Under the pieces are notes generated by a model. That model saw only the letters and a list, made by a program, of their open reading frames with translations, was not told the origin of the DNA and did not search any database. Both the position numbers and the translations under genes were made by a program. Positions 31,269 through 39,234 of a stretch of 64,000 nucleotides of DNA are shown in pieces; position 1 is the stretch's first letter, and each line of letters opens with the position of its first letter. The stretch lies in the IMG/VR virus record IMGVR_UViG_3300030117_005808, positions 32,001-96,000 of that record, one strand, 5' to 3'. The DNA comes from a virus.

Positions 31269-32198
31269 ATGGCTTTTTTAGATAATTCGGGTGATATTAT
31301 ACTCGACGCTGTGCTGACCGATACTGGTCGAATGAGACTTGCAAGAGGAGACGGCAGTTTTAAAATTGAAAAGTTCGCCCTTGGCGACGATGAAATCAAT
31401 TACGAACTTTACAATAAGAACCATTCAAGTGGTTCTGCTTATTATGATTTAGAGGTTTTGCAGTCTCCTGTCCTTGAGGCTTTTACTGATAATGCAGCCT
31501 CCATGAAGTCTAAGCTTATTTCTATTCCAAGAAATAACCTGCTATATCTCCCAGTATTGGCACTTAATGAAGTTTTTGATACAACTGCAACAGCTAAACA
31601 CACCTCTGGATTTTTTCTTGTGGCGGTTGATTCTGATACACAAACTGAGCTAGAGGTTAATACTTCTGGTGAGTCTGTGGCCGGTATCCTTTTTGGCGAG
31701 GATCCGGGCGCAAATGGCAATCGTATTCGAGTAGACCAAGGTTTGAACACAACAGCGATATCTCCGGGTAAAACTATTGGACCCCTATTACTTGAAACTC
31801 AATATTTGATTGAGATAGATAACCGTCTTGGGTCTGTTTCTAACCTTAAGGGCGGTGAAGCATCACCATCATTTATTGACGACGATAACCTTGCGTCTTA
31901 CTATCTTTCTAGGGGAACAGACCGAGAATTTGTAACAAACAATACAGACACTACCAACTCTGCTAATCAGATTATTAGTGGCCCGCGCGGCACTATTCTT
32001 GTTTTTAAACTCGCCGCGTCCCTAGAATTGAATACGAGTGATTATTTGTTTGATACAATCGGCACTACCGAAACTATTTCTACTTCTAAGACCGCAAGTC
32101 AAAACTTTAAGACTATTAAGTCAAACATTAGAGTCACTGGCGTGAACACCGGATACCGTATCGATATCCCCGTCAAATTCTGCAAGAAGACAACCTAA
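31269..32198 (+). CDS. Baseplate / fibre-attachment structural protein
   Basis: N-terminal LTDTGRMRLARG...FALGDD resembles the start of P2 gpH-type (DUF3751) fibre attachment domains; late promoter upstream. Confidence 0.55.
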   Translation: MAFLDNSGDIILDAVLTDTGRMRLARGDGSFKIEKFALGDDEINYELYNKNHSSGSAYYDLEVLQSPVLEAFTDNAASMKSKLISIPRNNLLYLPVLALNEVFDTTATAKHTSGFFLVAVDSDTQTELEVNTSGESVAGILFGEDPGANGNRIRVDQGLNTTAISPGKTIGPLLLETQYLIEIDNRLGSVSNLKGGEASPSFIDDDNLASYYLSRGTDREFVTNNTDTTNSANQIISGPRGTILVFKLAASLELNTSDYLFDTIGTTETISTSKTASQNFKTIKSNIRVTGVNTGYRIDIPVKFCKKTT

Positions 32199-32214
32199 AG
32201 GATAAGGATTAACA

Positions 32215-33327
32215 ATGGCTACGACATTTAAAGATTTTCAAAGTAACGACTTAGCGAACACAAGAACCCTTCTCCATGAGGCGATTCCTATTACAGGGTC
32301 CATTGTGTCCGGAACATACGCCGAGACTAATATTAAAACATATGGACATGGAATGTTTTCGAGCGTATATGATTATCCTTTCCTAAGTTCTTCGGCAAAC
32401 CATATCTTTGATACAACTCTCGGCATCTCAGCAACATCAAGCTTGTACGCCTCGGTTACTTCACAGAAAGCTAAAAAACTTAACATCTATAATCAAATGG
32501 CTCAAACTCTTGTTGGCTATGATGATTCCGGAAACATTAAGAAGTTTGTGATCCCCGAAACAAACGCCACCATGCATGATGTTTATGTGATACCATTCAG
32601 TCGGCTTTTATCGAAGGACGAAATTAAAAAAGGCTCTTTTAGTCTTGAACTTGCCGTGAGTGGTACTTTTGGCCATGGCGGACCTTTGTTCAACAAGCGC
32701 ATTCAGTTATCTGATGCATCTGGATCAGATGGTTATTACGTTGACTCTCCAGCCGGCGAATATGGAGTTTTGTTTGCGACAACCTCTGCCCCCTCGGGTA
32801 TTTCACTTATTGATGGTGAAGTTTCTTCAGCCGGTACTAGGCCAAGCGTTGGGCTTGTATACTATCAGGCGGGCATCGCTATTGTTTCATCTTCGGCATT
32901 TAACACTACGAGTAGTGGTGGTATTTTGAAAGATATTGATGGTGATGATGAAACTGGTGTTGAACTAGGTAGTGGCTTGGGTCGTGTTGGATTCGCTGCC
33001 GCCACAGCATCTACAATCGCAACTATGAACACTGGCTTGAGAAATCGTATTTATAATATATCATTCAATAATACAACTGAGCTTAACTCAACGATTTATT
33101 TCTGCCGCGCAGGACATACGGACTTTAACTACAGTTCAAACCCAACTTATCTCAATGGCAGCGAGATCAGAGTTAAGACACGCCCATCAGACACACCCGT
33201 CGCATATTTTACAACAGTCGGATTGTATTCCGCAGATAACGAGTTGCTTGCGGTTGCCAAGTTGTCTGAGCCGCTTCGTAAAGACCCCACGAACGAACTA
33301 ACACTCCGAGTGAGGCTTGACTACTAG
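32215..33327 (+). CDS. Baseplate structural protein, paralogue of 33339..34679
   Basis: C-terminal FNYSSNPTY...YFTTVGLYSADNELLAVAKLSEPLRK...LRVRLDY. Confidence 0.55.
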   Translation: MATTFKDFQSNDLANTRTLLHEAIPITGSIVSGTYAETNIKTYGHGMFSSVYDYPFLSSSANHIFDTTLGISATSSLYASVTSQKAKKLNIYNQMAQTLVGYDDSGNIKKFVIPETNATMHDVYVIPFSRLLSKDEIKKGSFSLELAVSGTFGHGGPLFNKRIQLSDASGSDGYYVDSPAGEYGVLFATTSAPSGISLIDGEVSSAGTRPSVGLVYYQAGIAIVSSSAFNTTSSGGILKDIDGDDETGVELGSGLGRVGFAAATASTIATMNTGLRNRIYNISFNNTTELNSTIYFCRAGHTDFNYSSNPTYLNGSEIRVKTRPSDTPVAYFTTVGLYSADNELLAVAKLSEPLRKDPTNELTLRVRLDY

Positions 33328-33338
33328 GAGGTGCGAGC

Positions 33339-34679
33339 ATGCCTCTTTATAAGTTCGGGGCCGGGGATGTATTTTACAATCAGTTAAGAACATACCCCAG
33401 TTGTTCTTTTTTGATTATGTCGGGTAGCGAAACAGGCGCCGGCACAGTTTTTTATCAGGGAAAGTCAACAGAGCCCGGCTCAATCGTTGCAAATGTTAAC
33501 GGTGTTCCTGTTGGTAATATAAGCTTATTTGAGCTTAATGTTGATCGTGCCGCAACTTCTACTGGTAGAGTTATCGGTTTGTCATCATCTGTTGGTACAC
33601 AAAACGTTGTGGATAACGGAACAATATATCCGTTTATAGAAAAAGGTTTGTCTAAAGTAGGCTTTAAGGGTCTTACAAGAGAACAGTTTATCAACGACTA
33701 TGCCCAAGGCGACGTTATAACTGGTTCTTATTTTATGTCTGCCAGCTTAACAAGAAGAAAATACATTGCCTCCGCAGGTTTTAACGACGCTAATAGAGAT
33801 GGCGCTGCTCTTAAAAACAGTCTAGATTTTGCAAAACGCCTCGGAGATCATTATGATTTCCCATCTGGATCATCTGGTACCACTACTACTATTGACATTC
33901 CATCTATATATTACGGATCAGGTATCAAGCCGGGTACTGTATCTCTCGAAGTGTATGTCACTGGAACTCTTCATACGCGATGTCGGGATTCTAGATACGA
34001 TGGCGCATTGATACAAGATTTTGTGGTTGGGTCAGACCACGGCGCCTCCAGCACCCCAACTAATGGCACAGTTGTCGGTTGTATATTATATAAAGAGGGC
34101 GTTATAATACTGAACAATACTACTAGCTTCCTCGGCCCTAGCACTAGTGTCCCCAACACACCCGGCACCGGTACCGAGAGCCGATATTCAAGCCCAGATA
34201 ACCAATCTATTTCATCTACTGGTAACAATTGGAATTGGACAATATTTGGAGTGGGGATTCAGAATGGTCCTAACGTGCCGAAACTCGATACTCTCTCTAA
34301 TGGATGGCAGGTAGCAAAAAAAGTTTATTATAAGATTAATTTCGCAGGCACCCACAAAATCCCAACCGTCACAATGCTTGCCAACGCAAACCGAGGCGAG
34401 TTAAACTATACGAACAACCCAACTTATATTGAGTTTGGCCAAACGGCTTACAACCCAGTAACAAGTTCTACATTCTTTGGTGAGCAACAGTTAAATATCA
34501 AGAATATTCACTCTTCTTCCTATTCAGATCCTACTGGGAGCTTAAAGAAGACCACATATATTACCAAGATTGGCATTTACGATGATAAGAAAAAGCTTAT
34601 CGGTGTTGCTTCTGTAGCCAAGCCAGTCAAGAAAACTGAAGATAGAGACTTGACATTTAAATTAAAGCTTGACATCTAG
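33339..34679 (+). CDS. Baseplate structural protein, paralogue of 32215..33327
   Basis: C-terminal LNYTNNPTY...YITKIGIYDDKKKLIGVASVAKPVKK...FKLKLDI. Confidence 0.55.
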   Translation: MPLYKFGAGDVFYNQLRTYPSCSFLIMSGSETGAGTVFYQGKSTEPGSIVANVNGVPVGNISLFELNVDRAATSTGRVIGLSSSVGTQNVVDNGTIYPFIEKGLSKVGFKGLTREQFINDYAQGDVITGSYFMSASLTRRKYIASAGFNDANRDGAALKNSLDFAKRLGDHYDFPSGSSGTTTTIDIPSIYYGSGIKPGTVSLEVYVTGTLHTRCRDSRYDGALIQDFVVGSDHGASSTPTNGTVVGCILYKEGVIILNNTTSFLGPSTSVPNTPGTGTESRYSSPDNQSISSTGNNWNWTIFGVGIQNGPNVPKLDTLSNGWQVAKKVYYKINFAGTHKIPTVTMLANANRGELNYTNNPTYIEFGQTAYNPVTSSTFFGEQQLNIKNIHSSSYSDPTGSLKKTTYITKIGIYDDKKKLIGVASVAKPVKKTEDRDLTFKLKLDI

Positions 34680-34696
34680 CATAATCGTGTTATAAT
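34669..34696 (+). promoter_or_regulatory. Sigma70-type promoter (TTGACA-16-TATAAT, extended -10 TG)
   Basis: TTGACA 34669-34674, TG 34688-34689, TATAAT 34691-34696, directly before the RuvC ATG at 34702. Confidence 0.8.
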
Positions 34697-34701
34697 ATAG
34701 T

Positions 34702-35229
34702 ATGATATTAGGTTTAGACGTTTCCACAAGCATCACCGGATACACAATCGTAGATAACGGTAATATAATCCTTAACGGTGCTTGGGACACAAGAAAATAC
34801 AAAAACTTTTTTGATAAGGTCGTTCACGTTAAAGACGGTCTTGATAAGATAAGGAAAGAATATGGAACACGGATTACAGCAGTTTACATCGAACAATCAC
34901 TCCAATCATTTAGATCAGGGTTTTCATCTGCCAAAACTCTCTCGACTCTTTCTCGTTTTAATGGCATCGTCTCTTGGTTGGTTTTTGATCAATACGGAAT
35001 CCAGCCAGAATACATTGCGGCTACTTCTGCAAGGAAACTTTGTGGAATCAAAGTAAGCCGGGGACAAAAGGCAAAACAAGTTGTTTTAAATTTTTTACTT
35101 GACAACGAGCCTAGTTTCGTGATAGAATATACTCGTAACGGTAATCCTAAACCCGAGTCCTATGACAAAGCTGACTCGATAGTGATTGCAAGGGCGGGGG
35201 CCATATGCGAGCAGAAAAACTCAAAATAA
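34702..35229 (+). CDS. ruvC: RuvC-like Holliday junction resolvase
   Basis: MILGLDVSTSITGY, VYIEQ and YDKADSIVIA supply the catalytic D/E/D/D residues. Confidence 0.82.
   Translation: MILGLDVSTSITGYTIVDNGNIILNGAWDTRKYKNFFDKVVHVKDGLDKIRKEYGTRITAVYIEQSLQSFRSGFSSAKTLSTLSRFNGIVSWLVFDQYGIQPEYIAATSARKLCGIKVSRGQKAKQVVLNFLLDNEPSFVIEYTRNGNPKPESYDKADSIVIARAGAICEQKNSK
35099..35128 (+). promoter_or_regulatory. Sigma70-type promoter inside ruvC, upstream of primase
   Basis: TTGACA 35099-35104, 18-nt spacer containing TG, TAGAAT 35123-35128. Confidence 0.6.
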
Positions 35230-36134
35230 TAAAGAATGTTCTTGGACGAGGCTATCAGTCTGGTGAAGAGCATCTATTCAGTTGTCCATTTTGCGGCCAT
35301 CACAAGAAGAAGATGTCTGTCAATGTGGACAAATCTGTATTCAAATGTTGGATTTGTGACAAGTCAGGCCGAGATCTAGGCTACATTGTCCGCAAGTTTG
35401 GAACCAGAGAAGATCGTGACGAATGGTCCAAGTATGATGACCGTGTTGAAATCACAGATTTTGACTTCTTATTTGCGGAGCCTGAAGCCCCTTCTGAGCA
35501 GCGCGTCTCTTTACCCGACCAACTAGTCACCTTAACAGGTAAGACGCCTTCTGTGGCCTCACAGATTGCTTTAAACTACTTATCGAAGCGTGGGATCACA
35601 AGAGACGACATTCTCAAATGGAAGATCGGGTATTGCCCTGACGGAGAGTATGCTGGTCGTGTGGTTATCCCATCATTCAACGAGAACGGCTATGCAAACT
35701 ACTTTATTGCACGCTCATACGGTGATGCTTGGCCAAGATATAAGAACCCGCCAGCCTCCCGTGACATTATTTTCAATGAACTGTATGTAAACTGGGATGA
35801 AGACATAGTTATAGTAGAGGGCGTCTTTGACGCCATAAAGGCCGGTAATGCAATTCCTCTTCTTGGATCAACGCTTCGTGAATCTTCTGCTCTTTTTCAA
35901 ACCATTATTAAAAGCGGCTGCTCTGTGTATCTGGCTTTGGATGAAGACGCATCCAAAAAGACGCGCTCCATCACTCGCTTACTTATGAAATATGGGGTCG
36001 AGGTTTACGAGATAGACACATCCGGTGTTGAAGATGTTGGAGAAATGACAAAAGAAGAGTTTAAGCACAGGAAAAACAACGCGGCGATTATAGAAAAAGA
36101 CAACTATTTATTGCAAAGGCTTTTTGCTGTTTAG
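35205..36134 (+). CDS. DNA primase (Zn finger + TOPRIM)
   Basis: CPFCGHH...CWIC zinc finger; GRVVIP, YFIARS, YKNP; IVEGVFD and LALDED TOPRIM motifs. Confidence 0.9.
   Translation: MRAEKLKIIKNVLGRGYQSGEEHLFSCPFCGHHKKKMSVNVDKSVFKCWICDKSGRDLGYIVRKFGTREDRDEWSKYDDRVEITDFDFLFAEPEAPSEQRVSLPDQLVTLTGKTPSVASQIALNYLSKRGITRDDILKWKIGYCPDGEYAGRVVIPSFNENGYANYFIARSYGDAWPRYKNPPASRDIIFNELYVNWDEDIVIVEGVFDAIKAGNAIPLLGSTLRESSALFQTIIKSGCSVYLALDEDASKKTRSITRLLMKYGVEVYEIDTSGVEDVGEMTKEEFKHRKNNAAIIEKDNYLLQRLFAV
36103..36110 (+). promoter_or_regulatory. Putative late promoter ACTATTTA driving the leader-tagged gene array
   Basis: Exact motif in the 3' end of primase, 33 nt before ATG 36144. Confidence 0.65.
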
Positions 36135-36143
36135 GGTCACAAA

Positions 36144-36371
36144 ATGAAAACCACCAAATCACAGTTAAAACAAATCATTAAAGAAGAAATGTCAAATGCC
36201 CTCAAGGAGCAAGACGGTGAAGAAATAATGTCTGCCATAGAGGACGTGCCAAAGGCAGCAGAGGACATAGCAGATAAGGTGCGTGATGAGGTTGAAAAAA
36301 TGGCAGAGCCATCTGGCCTCGACCCATCAGTTTTAATGCAGGCTATTGCAGCGTTGTTACAAGCAGATTAA
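36144..36371 (+). CDS. Leader-tagged small protein 1 (putative internal head protein)
   Basis: Begins MKTTKSQLKQIIKEE. Confidence 0.65.
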   Translation: MKTTKSQLKQIIKEEMSNALKEQDGEEIMSAIEDVPKAAEDIADKVRDEVEKMAEPSGLDPSVLMQAIAALLQAD

Positions 36372-36384
36372 GGGAAAATAAACA

Positions 36385-36882
36385 GTGAAAACCACCAAAT
36401 CACAACTGAGACAAATCATTAAAGAAGAAATAAGCAGCATGCTGAACAAACCAAGAACAGCAGACCAGTTTTTAGAAATGATTAAGTCTCAGTTTAGGCG
36501 GGCGGCAACAGAAAAAACTCTTGAAATGATGGCTAAATACTATGATGCAATGGTTAAGACCGCAGCCGAAAGAGCACCGCTTCAACCCAGCGACCCAAAA
36601 GAGATCGCAGCAGAGATTGGTATTGCACAGGACAGTCCTTACCTACGGTGGGCTACTTTCCACCTAAACAAGCTTCAACAAGTACCCAGAGAGGCTTATG
36701 AAATGCTGCCCGCAAGTGACGAACTTACCGCTATGCATTACGACCGCCTCGCAGCAAAAGAGAAAAAGCGAGCAGAGCGAGAGGCAGAGTTGCGCCGCCC
36801 GCGTACACCCGAAGAGAAAAAAGCAGCAGCAATCAAATTTGGTCAAGATATGGCCGCAGGCAAATACGGCCCGCTAGATTAA
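36385..36882 (+). CDS. Leader-tagged small protein 2 (putative internal head protein)
   Basis: GTG start, begins MKTTKSQLRQIIKEE. Confidence 0.65.
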   Translation: MKTTKSQLRQIIKEEISSMLNKPRTADQFLEMIKSQFRRAATEKTLEMMAKYYDAMVKTAAERAPLQPSDPKEIAAEIGIAQDSPYLRWATFHLNKLQQVPREAYEMLPASDELTAMHYDRLAAKEKKRAEREAELRRPRTPEEKKAAAIKFGQDMAAGKYGPLD

Positions 36883-36893
36883 GGAACAGTATT

Positions 36894-37475
36894 ATGAAAA
36901 TCACAAGATCACAACTTAAACAGATTATCAGAGAAGAGTTGGAAGAAGGCGGTCTCGCTGGGCACTACGACAAGGATCGCGACATCGCCGTATCTGACGC
37001 TCTCGTTAATGCGGTGCTTGACATGCAGGAGATGCGTGGCGATGCGTATGCTGTAAAGGTTCTTAGAGAGATGGCTAACGACATTGAAAAAGAAATGGCC
37101 GCAAAAGACGGCCCCACTATGCAAGAGGAAGTGAAAAAACAAAGTATAAAGGCAATAATCAAGCCCATTGGTCGTATGACTCGGTACATCTTGAAAACAC
37201 TCAATTATGATGAAGATCGCGATGTTGACTACGGCATACCGGGGGAAGATCCGGGATTTGTAGATGATAAACAGTGGGTTGAACTTAAAAGTCTTGTTCA
37301 AACAACTCTTTCCAAGATTCCAAAGGCAGGAAGGGCCGATGCTATGTATGATGAAATTATGACCAACATTCAAAAACCTCGCCTTCATCGCACAGAGATT
37401 GCCGACTTTGCGTCTGCTTTTGATGAGTATTTTATCGGGTTAGAGGCTATGGTAAGGGATGGAGATTTAAGATGA
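36894..37475 (+). CDS. Leader-tagged small protein 3 (putative internal head protein)
   Basis: Begins MKITRSQLKQIIREELEE. Confidence 0.65.
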   Translation: MKITRSQLKQIIREELEEGGLAGHYDKDRDIAVSDALVNAVLDMQEMRGDAYAVKVLREMANDIEKEMAAKDGPTMQEEVKKQSIKAIIKPIGRMTRYILKTLNYDEDRDVDYGIPGEDPGFVDDKQWVELKSLVQTTLSKIPKAGRADAMYDEIMTNIQKPRLHRTEIADFASAFDEYFIGLEAMVRDGDLR

Positions 37476-38092
37476 AAATCACCAAAGAACTTTTAGAGCA
37501 AATGATTGAGGAAGCAGCATCGGAGTATGTCTATGGTGTTAAAAACCCCGGTCGTGTTGCTAATCAATACAAGATCAAAACAATCAAAAAAGTTATCTTT
37601 GAAGAGTTATCCGCAAACCTTACTGAGGACGGACACGAAGATACATCCTCAGCTATAAGAAAGTTAAAGACTTCTATTGAAGACGCAGGAGAGATCCTAC
37701 AAGGTCTCCAAGCACACCACGGTGATTTACCATCTTGGTGGATGGGCAAAGTAACTATCGCTGCTGACTATCTTAACAAAGCCAGAGACTATTTCCTTGT
37801 TTCCGGTGATGTGATGCAAGAAGAAGAGTTGGACGAGCGATGCCAGAAAGGTTACAAGACCCATCCAACACGCAAAACAAAAGAGATGTACGGCAAGACT
37901 TACCGCAATTGTATTAAAGCAGAAGGCGAGGAAGTTGAAGAGCGCAAACTAAAACCGGGCGAGAAAAGAAAACTTAAACGACTTGAAAAAGAAGTTCCCA
38001 AAAAAGACTTTACTGACCAGTATGGAAAGGAAGGCGAATCTATTTATTATGCTACCTTGACTAAAATGGCGAAAAAGGATAAGAAAAAATGA
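37472..38092 (+). CDS. Leader-tagged modular protein 4 (putative internal head protein)
   Basis: Begins MKITKELLEQMIEE, with an internal IKKVIFEEL copy; short modules separated by Glu-rich linkers. Confidence 0.65.
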   Translation: MKITKELLEQMIEEAASEYVYGVKNPGRVANQYKIKTIKKVIFEELSANLTEDGHEDTSSAIRKLKTSIEDAGEILQGLQAHHGDLPSWWMGKVTIAADYLNKARDYFLVSGDVMQEEELDERCQKGYKTHPTRKTKEMYGKTYRNCIKAEGEEVEERKLKPGEKRKLKRLEKEVPKKDFTDQYGKEGESIYYATLTKMAKKDKKK

Positions 38093-38706
38093 AAATCACT
38101 AGAGAAAAACTAAAGCAAATCATCAAGGAAGAACTTGAGAGTGCCCTTAGTGAACAACCACGCGCCATGATCGGCGCAGGTATACCCGGCATTATGAAAC
38201 GCCTTAGCCCCGTTCCGGACCATCTGGTACAAAGCTATAAAGGAAAAAAGAAAGTCTATAACACGAATAATGGAAATATTGTGGCATTAGATGATAGGGG
38301 CATTCCTTTTGTTGCATATGCTGATGAGATAGAGAAGAACCCCAATGCGGACTACCAATTCGCGATAGACACGCTTAAAAAAAATGGCTATGTAGAAGCT
38401 TCTCTAAGTGTCCCTATGTCTCCGGCAAATCTTGAAGCACTCACTCTCGGAGCTATCAAAGGGGAAGAGATCGACCGTGGCTATGTACAAAGAGCGCGCC
38501 CAAACTTTAAGAATCAGGACAAAGATATCCCCCGGATTAAACAAGTCATCGGCAAGAGAGAACTATCAGACCCAAGTATGCCTAACTGGGATCCCAGCAA
38601 AAATCAAATAGTTTACTTGGGATCACGGACACTTCGTTCCGGAGATCAGGAAATCTACTTTAAGACATCAAATACTCACAAGTATTATAAAGCATTGTCC
38701 AGATAA
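38089..38706 (+). CDS. Leader-tagged small protein 5 (putative internal head protein)
   Basis: Begins MKITREKLKQIIKEELESALSE. Confidence 0.65.
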   Translation: MKITREKLKQIIKEELESALSEQPRAMIGAGIPGIMKRLSPVPDHLVQSYKGKKKVYNTNNGNIVALDDRGIPFVAYADEIEKNPNADYQFAIDTLKKNGYVEASLSVPMSPANLEALTLGAIKGEEIDRGYVQRARPNFKNQDKDIPRIKQVIGKRELSDPSMPNWDPSKNQIVYLGSRTLRSGDQEIYFKTSNTHKYYKALSR

Positions 38707-38719
38707 AGGGAATAACATT

Positions 38720-39169
38720 ATGAAAACCACCAAACAACAACTTAGACAAATCATCAAAGAAGAGTTAGAGGTCATCCTCACAAACGAGGAGGCAGGCGAA
38801 CTCTTTGGCGAGGGTGTTGAAGCAGAGTTAGAAGAAGAGTTGAACGAAGATCTGACTACTATTATGCAGAATCTTACACCTGAGAATCTTGATTTGATTG
38901 TTAGGTCTATCATTCAGGTTGGCACAACATTTGGTGTTCCGATGCTCGCCGCCGCCCTTGGTAAGTTGGGCCTTGAAGCAGCACAGGCAGCAAGAACAGC
39001 CGGCAAGGCGAAAACGATGATTGGTGATAAGGATTCCGGCAGGTTAGTTGATTTTCTGTATCATGAAATAACAGGTTATAGAGATTTTAAAGGGCAGGAT
39101 AAGCAGTCACTTGAAGATGCCGAAAAAGAGTTCCCAATGGCGCCCGCCCGTCCCCCTATGCCTAAATAA
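38720..39169 (+). CDS. Leader-tagged small protein 6 (putative internal head protein) with a hydrophobic segment
   Basis: Begins MKTTKQQLRQIIKEELEVILTNEE; contains IIQVGTTFGVPMLAAALG. Confidence 0.65.
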   Translation: MKTTKQQLRQIIKEELEVILTNEEAGELFGEGVEAELEEELNEDLTTIMQNLTPENLDLIVRSIIQVGTTFGVPMLAAALGKLGLEAAQAARTAGKAKTMIGDKDSGRLVDFLYHEITGYRDFKGQDKQSLEDAEKEFPMAPARPPMPK

Positions 39170-39179
39170 AAAATAATCC

Positions 39180-39208
39180 TTGACAACAAGTTTGTAACAG
39201 GTTATAAT
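39180..39208 (+). promoter_or_regulatory. Perfect sigma70 consensus promoter (TTGACA-17-TATAAT)
   Basis: TTGACA 39180-39185 and TATAAT 39203-39208, intergenic, AT-rich upstream. Confidence 0.88.
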
Positions 39209-39234
39209 ATATTATATTCAAGTAAGGGGTTACT

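Larger units (their letters stand above)
36144..38764 (+). repeat. Dispersed ~45-nt direct repeat encoding the shared leader (6 copies at gene starts)
   Basis: Copies at 36144, 36385, 36894, 37472 (degenerate), 38089 and 38720; copies 1 and 2 match at 40 of 45 nt. Confidence 0.8.

Noticed and set aside
36144-38764. CRISPR array or integron interpretation of the 45-nt repeats
   Set aside because: Repeats are protein-coding, non-palindromic and spaced 240-630 nt apart; no cas or integrase gene is present.
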